From Planctomycetota bacterium (GTDB lineage Bacteria > Planctomycetota > SZUA-567 > H5-PLA8), in the NCBI GenBank assembly GCA_038227875.1, contig JBBRPR010000053.1, forward strand, positions 1-60,574: a stretch of 60,574 bases of DNA, given 5' to 3'. The notes beneath the pieces are model-generated. The model did no database searches, had not been told where the DNA came from, and was given only the letters and a program-made list of their open reading frames with translations. Positions 11,042 through 20,600 of this stretch are shown here, piece after piece (positions within the stretch are counted from its first letter, which is position 1; each line of letters starts with the position of its first letter). The position numbers were made by a program, and so were the translations under genes.

Positions 11042-11772
11042 CGGCCATCCCCGTTTGTGTCTTTTCTCAATTTTTCCTCGAGAGTTCGTGCTCGCGGAAA
11101 GAGAATGTTGTTCTCTTTGTGGACGTGTTGATGCATGTCCGACTCTATATGCTCCAAGCCCTCCAGCATAGCCAGATAGGACCCGCATGCGTCTTTGGGC
11201 GGCTTATAGTCGTTCGTCAGCTTTCTAAATGCACCCATGGCCTCCCCAGCCGCGTCATGCTCGGCTTCCATCACTCTGATCGGGTTGCTGATCGAGCCGC
11301 AATGAAACCCGGGGGCCACAGATGCCGATTCAAGTTGCCTGCACATGGGAAACAGGATCTGTTCCTCCTTCGTCATGTGTTGTTCGAGCTCGGCGCGAAA
11401 ATGATGGAAGACCACTTCCACCTTTTTGAGTTCCGGGTGCTCTGCCCCATGAACTTTCGCGACTTTGGCTAGCAATGCCGAAACGCGCGGAAGTTCGACC
11501 TTCAGGAAAGCGTGATGCGTCATTTCGATGTGATTGGCTAGCGCAGTCAGCGATGCATGAATCCAATCGTGTTGGCTTGTTTGTTGAGCGCCTTCGCAGG
11601 TTTCCAACTCTCGCACCACGTCGCGCGGATTGAGTCCCTTCTCAGCGCATACCGTGTTCAATGGCCGCTTGCCGCCGCAACAATAGTCGATTCCCAATCG
11701 CTCAAACACGCGAGATCTCGCCGGTATTTCCGCGACAAGCTGGCCAACGGTCTCGAATTCAAGTGCTCTCAT
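11038..11772 (-). CDS. ric: Iron-sulfur cluster repair di-iron protein (Ric/YtfE/ScdA)
   Basis: GIDYCCGG, HIEMTHH, HMTKEEQILFP, MEAEHD, HVHKENNILF; ATG 11772 with GGAG RBS. Confidence 0.95.
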   Translation of the reverse strand: MRALEFETVGQLVAEIPARSRVFERLGIDYCCGGKRPLNTVCAEKGLNPRDVVRELETCEGAQQTSQHDWIHASLTALANHIEMTHHAFLKVELPRVSALLAKVAKVHGAEHPELKKVEVVFHHFRAELEQHMTKEEQILFPMCRQLESASVAPGFHCGSISNPIRVMEAEHDAAGEAMGAFRKLTNDYKPPKDACGSYLAMLEGLEHIESDMHQHVHKENNILFPRARTLEEKLRKDTNGDGR

Positions 11773-11856
11773 CGGATTATCTCCAAACGTTTTTAGGACC
11801 ACCTTGAACACAGAATACACGCGCTAGATCGAATAATCAATAGCTTTCTATATACA

Positions 11857-11875
11857 TATCCCGTAATGTCGGATA
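11857..11875. promoter_or_regulatory. Inverted repeat TATCC-N9-GGATA between divergent ric and PNPOx-like genes
   Basis: TATCCCGTAATGTCGGATA in an AT-rich divergent promoter region; regulator unknown. Confidence 0.3.
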
Positions 11876-11935
11876 ATCTTTGTTTTGGAGGCTGATGATT
11901 AACAATCGCCGCGCCGGAATTCCAAGGAGCATCCC

Positions 11936-12373
11936 ATGGTCGAAATGTCCGAATCTGAAATTCACGACCTACTTGATCGGGCGCCGATCGGGCGCTTGGC
12001 CATGGCCGACCCACAAGGCAAGCCTTACGTCATTCCGATGCCATTCTGCTGGTTGGCTGGAACCCTCTATTTGCGCCTTCCCATGAAAGGCCGCAAAGCG
12101 TCGATTCTGGAAAAAAACAATCAGGTCTGTTTTGAGGCGGACACGTTTACAACTGATCTAAGCGACTATGCCTCCGTGATTATTGAAGGCACGCTCGCGC
12201 CAGTGGAAGACGCGCGGGAAAAAGGTTCGGTGAAGGCCGCCAACGATGCAAAATACAATCGATTGCGCAACGGGAACCGCCCTGGACACGGGCGAAGCAT
12301 TCCGATCGAAGAGCTTCCCTTGCAACGCATTCAAGTAATGCAGGTTAGTGGCCGCAAGAAGACAGTGCCATAA
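11936..12373 (+). CDS. Pyridoxamine 5'-phosphate oxidase-like (NimA-like) split-barrel flavin-binding protein
   Basis: GRLAM..PYVIPM..GRK..N.QVCFE..YASVIIEG..SGRK; AAGGAG RBS. Confidence 0.85.
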   Translation: MVEMSESEIHDLLDRAPIGRLAMADPQGKPYVIPMPFCWLAGTLYLRLPMKGRKASILEKNNQVCFEADTFTTDLSDYASVIIEGTLAPVEDAREKGSVKAANDAKYNRLRNGNRPGHGRSIPIEELPLQRIQVMQVSGRKKTVP

Positions 12374-12417
12374 TAATTGGGAAGAGATATCCGGCCGAAG
12401 CTTGAATCCCCCAAAGT

Positions 12418-13203
12418 TTAGATACTTACCGCGCACGATTTCCTGTTCTGCTGGCCAAGCAAACTTACGGTGTCGGCGTCAAGCACGGCATCCGCTTCGA
12501 AGAAAACTGTATTCTCTTCACGAAAAAGATGGTCTCGAATTTTTCTGCACAGCTGGCCGGCAATGCTAACCAATGTGGACGGTCCTGCGGTCTCCACATT
12601 TTGAATAGCTTGGTTCATGGCCTCGATTTCCGTTCTCAGGTTGCGGTGTTCGTACTCCAAAACGACAGTTGGCCGTCCCCAATTCACGAACGGGAGCAAG
12701 CGCGGAAAGAGGATTTCGTCTTCCAGATTCATATGTTCCACAAAAGTGGTGGCGAGATACGCGTGAGCAAGTCGAATCGTCTTGATTTCATTCTGCCAAC
12801 CTGCCGGCGACGAGGCCGTTAGGTTTTGCAATGCGGACTCCAGTTGAGAGAGAGTGCGCCGTGTGCGAGCGTGCTCCTCCCGCAATGCGGCCGTTGCGGT
12901 ATGAGAGTGCGCCGGTGCTGCGGATTTCAACGCTGCTGCGATTTCTGTTTGAATGGCGGGCCTGCCCTCTTGTACGACTGAAACGAGTTCCGGAACCTTG
13001 GCGCACAAATGCTTCTCTATGCCGGCCTTCAGGGTCTGCGTCGACATGGGGCAGCCCGCACAGTGCCCTGTGAGGCGAACCGTAGCAATGCCCTGATCGA
13101 TTCCAATGAGTTCGACGTCGCCGCCATCGGATTTCAAATAGGGGCGAATTTCGTCGAGCGCATGACGGGTACGCGCGAGAAGGGCATGATTTTCCAGTTC
13201 CAT
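12418..13203 (-). CDS. NifU/Nfu C-terminal domain fused to a hemerythrin (HHE) domain
   Basis: IRPYLKSDGGDVEL...GHCAGCPMS...TLKAGIE, then EEH, HMNLEDEILFP, YEH, HLFREENTVF. Confidence 0.85.
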   Translation of the reverse strand: MELENHALLARTRHALDEIRPYLKSDGGDVELIGIDQGIATVRLTGHCAGCPMSTQTLKAGIEKHLCAKVPELVSVVQEGRPAIQTEIAAALKSAAPAHSHTATAALREEHARTRRTLSQLESALQNLTASSPAGWQNEIKTIRLAHAYLATTFVEHMNLEDEILFPRLLPFVNWGRPTVVLEYEHRNLRTEIEAMNQAIQNVETAGPSTLVSIAGQLCRKIRDHLFREENTVFFEADAVLDADTVSLLGQQNRKSCAVSI

Positions 13204-13206
13204 GAC

Positions 13207-14268
13207 TTATCCTCCAATGCGATTCATTGCGCCCGGCGCTGAGCCGGATCCAAGCGTGTAAAATTCAGGTTTTTCATAGGCTGCATGACGAAACGCAGCG
13301 ATCAGCCGCTGTCGCAATTTGGATCCTTGGTCCGAGCGAAGGATCGAACGTACATCAACCTCACCGCCTTGAAGGAGGCACGATCTCAATTTCCCATCAG
13401 CCGTAAGCCGGAGCCGATTGCACCGCGCGCAGAATGCGCTGCTCATTGCGTCGACGAAGCCAATCATTCCGGTCGATCCCGGAATTTTCCACAACCGAGC
13501 TGGATCGCTCGATCGCCCATTTGTGTAAGCAGGAAGTAGCCCTCCAAATCGTTTTTCTATTCGCGAACGGACTTCCGTGCCTGCGGTATGCGTTCCAGGG
13601 TTGGAAATGGCCGCGCAATCGCGAACCTCACCTACAGGCATCACCTCAATAAAACGTACCTGCACCCGGTGCGTGTTCGTCAACGAGGCAAACGCCTCAA
13701 TTTCGTCGTCGTTGACTCCTTTCAAAACGACCATGTTCAATTTCACCGGATGCAGGTTCTGAGATTCAGCCGCGGCAATTCCGTCGAGAACGTCCGTGAG
13801 TTCACCGCGCCGGGCGATGCGCTTGAATTTCTCCGGGTCGAGTGTGTCGAGTGAGATATTCACGCGCTGCAGGCCTGCCGTTTTCAATTTTTCGATGTGT
13901 TCCGCAAGCAATGTTCCATTCGTCGTCATCGACAAATCCGTGATGCCTTGAACATTCGCGATCATCGCGATCAAGTCAGAAAGACCCTTCCGAATAAGCG
14001 GCTCCCCTCCGGTAATCCGAATCTTATGCACGCCACAGGAAGCGGCGGCCTCGACAACGCTGATGATCTCTTCAAACCGCAAGATCTCCTCGCGCGGCAG
14101 CCACGCAACACCTTCTTCTGGCATGCAGTAGACGCAGCGGAGATTGCATAAGTCGGTTACAGAAATTCGGAGATACGTAAAGGCCCGATCGTAAGTATCT
14201 ACGATGGTTGGTATCGCGGCACCTTTGAGCAGGCTGACAAGCGAGGTCGCTTCTGTGTTCGCAATCAT
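13207..14268 (-). CDS. moaA: GTP 3',8-cyclase MoaA
   Basis: YLRISVTDLCNLRCVYC, ITGGEP, FCARCNRLRLTADGKLRSCL, C-terminal MNRIGG; alternative GTG start at 14283. Confidence 0.95.
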   Translation of the reverse strand: MIANTEATSLVSLLKGAAIPTIVDTYDRAFTYLRISVTDLCNLRCVYCMPEEGVAWLPREEILRFEEIISVVEAAASCGVHKIRITGGEPLIRKGLSDLIAMIANVQGITDLSMTTNGTLLAEHIEKLKTAGLQRVNISLDTLDPEKFKRIARRGELTDVLDGIAAAESQNLHPVKLNMVVLKGVNDDEIEAFASLTNTHRVQVRFIEVMPVGEVRDCAAISNPGTHTAGTEVRSRIEKRFGGLLPAYTNGRSSDPARLWKIPGSTGMIGFVDAMSSAFCARCNRLRLTADGKLRSCLLQGGEVDVRSILRSDQGSKLRQRLIAAFRHAAYEKPEFYTLGSGSAPGAMNRIGG

Positions 14269-14279
14269 GGCCGCTCCGC

Positions 14280-15233
14280 TCACGGGACAACGCTCAAACT
14301 GGCCTGAAACATCTCTTCACACTGGCGGCAGATCGGTTCACTTGACGTCCAGTCTGGAAATTTAGCATGGATCGAAAGAATCACGTCGTTTGGAATCAAT
14401 GTATTGTCCCGCACCCAATCTGTCGTCGGGCATTGGCAAAGCGGGCACATGGCCGTGAACGAGCGGATGTCCGCCATTTGCGCGGGGACTGCCACCTCCA
14501 CGCCGGCGAGTGCGCAGAGCGCTTCCGGTGCGCCTGCCGCCATCATCAAACTCATGCCAGTGGGCTTCGCCGGAACTTGCACGGCCCATAATCGGAAGAA
14601 TAGGGTCTGGGTCAGTTTGGACACACCGAAGTGCCGTAGAAAATTAAGTTCATGCCCTTCCCGGCGCTGGAGCGGCTGCTCGTTTTCCCGATTTAGCCGC
14701 CCATCAATGCAAATGTCCCACAAGCAACGGAAGCGATCGCGAACCATATCGCGTTGCTGTGCGTTGTGCTGGGTGTCTCCAGTGGATCGAACGTATCCAA
14801 ATTCGGGGCTTAGCATGTCGCTGGCGTGTGACATTTCGTGGAGCGCAATACGGCGAAACGCCCTCGGATCGATCAGCGTTTCCGCTCGCACGCGAAACAC
14901 CAATGACCAGCCGTCCACAACGTGATGGAAAAGCTCCGCATCCTCGTCCTTGCGCCGCTCCGAATAGACCAATACCAGGCGCGCCAGCCGTATTTTGAGG
15001 TCCGGAAAGTAGTCGGCCGCACTTTCGATATGCTCGTTCAACCGAAGGCGGCTGAAGACGTCGCGATGGAGTTTCTGAAATTCCATCTCTCGCAGCTCGC
15101 TGTCCGATATTTTGTAAATTTCATCGGCCAGCCGATGGTAGCGCGCCAATTCTGCGCGAGGATCTGGCGCGTTTTTCAAAAGCGCAAGGAACACGCTCTC
15201 CTCGGTCAGCCGTGGGTCAACCAGTGTATGCAT
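14280..15233 (-). CDS. Hypothetical protein with HExxH motif and C-terminal Cys cluster
   Basis: LHEMSHASDML motif; CPLCQCP...CRQC tail; lies inside the nxr operon. Confidence 0.7.
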   Translation of the reverse strand: MHTLVDPRLTEESVFLALLKNAPDPRAELARYHRLADEIYKISDSELREMEFQKLHRDVFSRLRLNEHIESAADYFPDLKIRLARLVLVYSERRKDEDAELFHHVVDGWSLVFRVRAETLIDPRAFRRIALHEMSHASDMLSPEFGYVRSTGDTQHNAQQRDMVRDRFRCLWDICIDGRLNRENEQPLQRREGHELNFLRHFGVSKLTQTLFFRLWAVQVPAKPTGMSLMMAAGAPEALCALAGVEVAVPAQMADIRSFTAMCPLCQCPTTDWVRDNTLIPNDVILSIHAKFPDWTSSEPICRQCEEMFQASLSVVP

Positions 15234-15245
15234 CGTCGCGATCCC

Positions 15246-16055
15246 TCAGTCGGCAGACTGTTCTTCCGGGCTGGACTCAGGGATCTGTCCCGGAAGTCCT
15301 TCGGCCTTGCCGCATGAAATACAGTTGCTGGGGTCGTCGGCAGGCGGTATTTCGCGCAGCGGTAAAAATGCCGGACCAACGGAAATGGACCAACGACCGC
15401 ACTCTTTCAAGATGAATTCTTCGAGAGCCCGGGCGGCGCTTCCGTATGGACCGTCGGGGTCGGCAGCCGTCAATTGTCTGGCAAACGCAGCCGCCCAGCG
15501 GCCCAGGTGATGGTGCATGAAGTTCTTCTGCGCGTCGCGCGTTACTTCAAGATGCTCGGCTGCTGCCCGATCAGCCTCGGACAGCAGATGGGCTTCCTTG
15601 GCGCACAAGATCCGCATGAATTCGCATTCTGTTGAGATGTGGTCGAGGCGTTCCTGGCCATCGCCGGAACACAGCCCAAAGGCTGAATAGAATGCGGTGA
15701 TGTCGCTCAGTTCACTTGAGAATTGAAAGATCTCCGAGCTGCCGTATTCACATTCGTATGCTGTAACCCGACCGCGCGGACTGGCGCCGAATGTTCGCAG
15801 ATACGCATCTTCCAATTCCACCAGTGCTTTTCTGCGGAAGTGGGCCATGACAATTTCAATTTCTTCACTCAGCCGCGGCGACTGGCGTGCGGAGACTTCG
15901 GCCGCGGCATCGCGAACGCTTGCGCACGCGGCGTGGTCTTGCACGAATTCCACGAGCGAAATGTCCGGATACTTCAGGATCGCCGCTAACATTCCATAAA
16001 GTCGGGAACGCGCCGCAGCCAATTCCACGTCGGAAGATAATGTTGACGTTTTCAT
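15246..16055 (-). CDS. TorD/DmsD/NarJ-type molybdoenzyme maturation chaperone
   Basis: YECEY, DITAFYSAFG, ERLDHISTECEFM, FMHHHLGRW motifs; AAGGAG RBS. Confidence 0.88.
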   Translation of the reverse strand: MKTSTLSSDVELAAARSRLYGMLAAILKYPDISLVEFVQDHAACASVRDAAAEVSARQSPRLSEEIEIVMAHFRRKALVELEDAYLRTFGASPRGRVTAYECEYGSSEIFQFSSELSDITAFYSAFGLCSGDGQERLDHISTECEFMRILCAKEAHLLSEADRAAAEHLEVTRDAQKNFMHHHLGRWAAAFARQLTAADPDGPYGSAARALEEFILKECGRWSISVGPAFLPLREIPPADDPSNCISCGKAEGLPGQIPESSPEEQSAD

Positions 16056-16070
16056 CTGGCATGCTCCTTA

Positions 16071-17342
16071 CTAAATTGAATTGGCATGGACTGCAGGGCG
16101 TATGTAAACGGGCTCTTCCACTTTCGTCCGGAATATCTCCTGGCCTTCTTTGCCGTAGGCAATTGCGGTGTCGTCGTACATTTCGAAATGCTTGCCGTTC
16201 ACCTCTCGCTCGAACACTTTGGGTCCCGGTTCGATCTTGTATTTAAAGATGATCTGGTTTGATTTGCGAAAGAGTTGCAGCACGGCCAGTAGCTCCCTGT
16301 CGGGCGTTCTGTATCGCTCGATGGCGCGGTCGACTCCCGGGCCGAACATCTGCGTGAGGTACGCGCGCGGCACCCAGCGCGGTGGAATATAGTATCCGTT
16401 GGGCTGCGTTCCGAATTGCGGGTAAAGCGGCAGCGCGACTTTCGCGACATGGATAAGATAGTAGAGCGGATTGTAGCGATCCTCCGCCACGTCACCGTCG
16501 GCATTTAGCTTGAGCAGGCCCTGCATTCGAACCTGTCCGATGCAGGCCGCCATGCATCGCGTTTCCAGCGGAATACCCGGATGCTCCTGGTCCGTGCCTT
16601 CCACGCGTGGATAGCAGCCAATGCACTTTTCAGAGACACGTGTCGTTGGGCGGTACATGATCTTTTTGTACGGACACGCTTCCATGCATTTGCGGTAGCC
16701 TCGGCATTCTTCCTGATCGATCAGCACAATCCCATCTTCGGGGCGCTTATAGATTGCCTTGCGTGGACACGCGGCCAGGCACGCGGGATAACTGCAGTGA
16801 TTGCACAGTCTCGCCAGGTAGAAAAACCAGGTCTTGTGCACCGGCAGCGTTTCACCCGTTTTGTCCCACGCCATCGGCTTGCCCGTTTCCTTCTGAGGCG
16901 GAGTATCCTCGCCCTTGTTGGGATGGCGCCATTCCTCTTCTGTCGGCAGATAGCCGAGGACTCGGCTGGGAGCCGCCATCTTGGGTGTCGGCTCGAAGAT
17001 CGTTTTGCCGTCGTACTGCCCGTATGGTTTTTTCGAACGCTCGGCATCGTCCGGTTTTCCCGTCCACGTGTTTTCTCCCGGGTTGTTTTGCTCCAGTAAA
17101 GTGAGCGATTTTAAATCCCAATTCTGTGGATATCCGCCGTACGGCTTCGTCTCCACGTTCGTCCACCACATATGCTCCTGGCCCTTTGAGAACGTCCAGG
17201 TGGACTTGCACGCCATTGTGCAGGTCTGACAACCGATGCAACGATTGGTATTGATCACGAATGCGAATTGCCATTCGGGGTACGCTGATTCGTAGGGGTA
17301 GTCCATCTCCCGCCCCAACTGCCAATTGAAAACCTTTGACAT
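16071..17342 (-). CDS. nxrB: Nitrite oxidoreductase/nitrate reductase beta subunit, Nitrospira/anammox type
   Basis: NWQLGR..YPY, NRCIGCQTCTMACKSTWTFSKGQE, VETKPYGGYP, RLCNHCSYPACLAACPRKAIYKR, EKCIGCYPR, PQFGTQPNGYYIPPRWVPR. Confidence 0.9.
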   Translation of the reverse strand: MSKVFNWQLGREMDYPYESAYPEWQFAFVINTNRCIGCQTCTMACKSTWTFSKGQEHMWWTNVETKPYGGYPQNWDLKSLTLLEQNNPGENTWTGKPDDAERSKKPYGQYDGKTIFEPTPKMAAPSRVLGYLPTEEEWRHPNKGEDTPPQKETGKPMAWDKTGETLPVHKTWFFYLARLCNHCSYPACLAACPRKAIYKRPEDGIVLIDQEECRGYRKCMEACPYKKIMYRPTTRVSEKCIGCYPRVEGTDQEHPGIPLETRCMAACIGQVRMQGLLKLNADGDVAEDRYNPLYYLIHVAKVALPLYPQFGTQPNGYYIPPRWVPRAYLTQMFGPGVDRAIERYRTPDRELLAVLQLFRKSNQIIFKYKIEPGPKVFEREVNGKHFEMYDDTAIAYGKEGQEIFRTKVEEPVYIRPAVHANSI

Positions 17343-17343
17343 G

Positions 17344-17610
17344 TTATCGACCCTCGCGTCGGCCGTAGATGAACACTGCTTCCGCTATCAGACTCCGCAC
17401 TTTGCTTTCGCCAACCTGCTGCATTGAGTGGAACGCCGGTGGGTACGACGGATTTCGAAACAGATCCAGGATCTGATCGCTGGTGAATCCCAAGCGGGCG
17501 TATTCCTCCGCAAAACAGGCGATCATGTCCACCACGTTGTCTTCGGTGGCCGGCAATTCCACGCCCATCAGTTCCATCGGGTCTTCTGCATCCGGATCTT
17601 CGTAAGGCAT
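17344..17610 (-). CDS. Small acidic hypothetical protein between nxrA and nxrB
   Basis: 88 aa, DPMELMGV...FAEEYARLG...LFRNPSY; GGAG RBS; fills the nxrA-nxrB gap. Confidence 0.72.
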   Translation of the reverse strand: MPYEDPDAEDPMELMGVELPATEDNVVDMIACFAEEYARLGFTSDQILDLFRNPSYPPAFHSMQQVGESKVRSLIAEAVFIYGRREGR

Positions 17611-17634
17611 ATGGCCCTTCTCCTAAAGCGTAGT

Positions 17635-20600
17635 TCACACGTCGCCGAGAAACCCGCCGGCCAAGTATCGCTTCATCAAATCGCTTTCACTGCCAGGCGT
17701 GTTGCCTTGCGCTCCCGGCAGCCACAAGCCCACTCCGCCCATACCGCCGTCTTCGGCCTTGGTAATCTTGACCAAAGTTTCTTTCGGGACTGTATTCACG
17801 GCATGGTTGTCGGCTTCGCCGCCGAACAAGAAGGACATGTGTACTTTCTTCTTATGAAAGAGAGTGTCTGTCTGGTGCATTGGCATGTGCCAATTGCGGG
17901 TCAGCGATTGCTGCGAGCCAAAGCGGAAGTTTGCAAGGTATCCGTCGGCCGTGAGCGCCATTCCGTCCGGGCGCGTCTGCTGCGCCTTAACACTTTTTTC
18001 AGTCGCGATGTACGTCCCGTGCTTCATCATCACCACGTTGTACGAGTACGCGGGATTGATCTTCACGCGCAGCATGCAGCGCGCGACTTTGTAGAACGGA
18101 TCGTCCGGCGTCGCGCCGACATACGGCCGGTCGGCGGGATTGGCGTCGACGTAGACATAGTCACCTTCATGCAGGCCCAGGTCGCGGGCCGCATCCGGAT
18201 TGACATGGATCTGATGCTCGCCGACGCTGGGCGCGCGCTTATCGGATCGGAATGGATCGCCGAAGCTTGAATCCCAAATCTGGTGCCAGTCCACATTCGA
18301 CCAGGTCGAGTGCACTCTATGTCGGCTCTTGGGCGTGATCAGGTAGAATTTGTATCCGCGCTCCCAGAGGAAATTTTTGGTGTTTAGCGTCTCTTCCCAC
18401 GAGCGCTTAACGTTTCGAATGGTCCGCGCATCCCAGTGCTCGGCGTCCAGCGGCACGCCGAAGTCGTCGGGCCGCACGTATGGATTAGTGCTGACGATCA
18501 CGTTGGGCAAGTAGGGCGTCGCTTCCGGGCCTTCGCGGTGGACGATGAAATTCTCTCCGCATTGAATCGCAGTGGGATCGTCTGAGTACAGATGCAATCG
18601 TCCGGTATCGGTAAAGAAGGGCTGGCTTTCTTCAATCTGCTCCCAGAAAGGAATTCGCGGATACGTACGGAAGAGCATCAACGCCGATCCCTTGACCCCG
18701 TACTTCCCCTCCATGATATCCTTGACTTTGTAGCCGCGTGTCGTGGTGCTGCTGTCGAGTAGGCGCTGGAGGTAAACTTCGCGTTTCCCTTCCAGGATGA
18801 ACTTCCAGTAGGCGCTACAGCGCGGATCGCCGATCTCTTCTCCAATTGCCTTGCCGATGCCGGCCAGAATATCGGCGTCGTCTTTACTGTCGTAAAGCGG
18901 TTTGATGCCGCCTTTCCAAATCTGAAGGAACGGATTGGAACACGAGGCCGTGACTTCCAGGTCCTGAAGCTCGACCCATGAATTTGCCGGAAGGCCGATG
19001 TCCGCGTATTCGACGCTGGCGGTCATCTGGATGTCGATTGAGACGATCATTTCAACCTTCGGATTGACATTCTTCAACATCTGATAGGCGTGCTTGGCGT
19101 TGTTCACCAGGTTCACATTTGTGAAGATCATCGATTTCGTCGGCGTTGGCATGTGGCTGTCACCGGTGAAGCACTTTCTTCCGTACTTCGGAGTTTCGAC
19201 AATCAGAGCCTGATCACTGTGATTCCAGTAAGCGGGTTCCTCGTCCTTCGTGTGCGCGTGAGCGTGAATGTCCTTGCCATCGGCGTTCGGATCCAGATTG
19301 ACACGGAACGGATCTTCGGCAATCCAACCCTTAAACCCAGGACCCGTCCAAGGTGAACCCTGAAAGAGAGCAGCTTTGTAATTTCCAGACCATGCGTGGC
19401 AACCGGCACCCTTGCGTCCAATATTGCCCATCAAAATCAGCGGCAAGTAGGCGGCACGATTAGCTTCAGTTGCATGGAACCAGTGGTTGATCCCTTCTCC
19501 CTGGTGAATCGAAGCCGGTTTGACCGTGCCGAGATCCTTTGCCAGGCGCTGTATCAAATCAGCCGGCGAATGTGTAATTTCCGCGACCGTCTGCAGGTCG
19601 TAGTCCTTCAGGTGGTTCTCGATGTACATCGTCCAGAGCGCTTTGACTTCGACGTCTTTGCCGTCGACGGTTCGAACAGTCCATGTTCCTTCCAGCGCCG
19701 AATCGATTCCGCGTTTGGCGAAGAATGTCCCGACTTCATCGCGGGTGACAGGCTGCGCTGAATTCGTTTTCTTATCCCAGACGACGAAGTCGCCCAGTTT
19801 GGCGTGGTCGTCCTTGGTCAAGCCCTGCACTTTGAAACTGTAGCCCTCGGGCGACAGCGACGACTTGTAGTCTTTGATGATATCCGCGGCGCGCAGCCGT
19901 TTCAGATTGTCCGTGCGCACGAGCAGCGGGAAGTCGGTAAATGCTTTTAAGAAATTCTCATCGTACCACTTGTTGTCGATCATGAGTTTCGTAATGCCCA
20001 GCCACAGTGCAGCATCTGTCGATGGCCGGATTGGAATCCAATAGTCGGATTTCGTGGCCGGCGGACTGTACTCCGGCGAGATGGTCACCAGCGTCGCGCC
20101 GCGCTCCATGCATTCGATGAACCAGTGGCTGTCGGTGAGCTTGTTTTCGACGAGATTCTTGCCGTTTTGAATGATCAGTTTAGAAAAACGGAGATCGTTG
20201 AAATCACAGTCCGAGGCCTGCAAGCCGTGGACCCATGGATGTCCCGGAGCCTGATCCCCATGCCACGTGTAGTTCGACCAGCAGCGTCCGGCCAGCGACT
20301 GCTCGTCTTCGATGCCGCGCACCTTGGCATCGACATACGCAAGTGTATTGGCCACTCGGTACATGCCATACTTTCCAATCACTCCCAGAAGGCCCATACC
20401 ACCGCGAAATTTGCAACATCGCGTGCCGGCCCCTTTCATCGACTCAACCATCTCGGGCTGATAGCCCTGGTCGAGCAACCGCTTCTTGCCCTCGTCGCCT
20501 GAATACGTCTTTGCAACCGAGACCAGTCCACTTGCAATATATTTGAACGCCTGATCCCAGGAGATGCGCACGAACTCGTCAGTGCCGCGGGAGTCGAACT

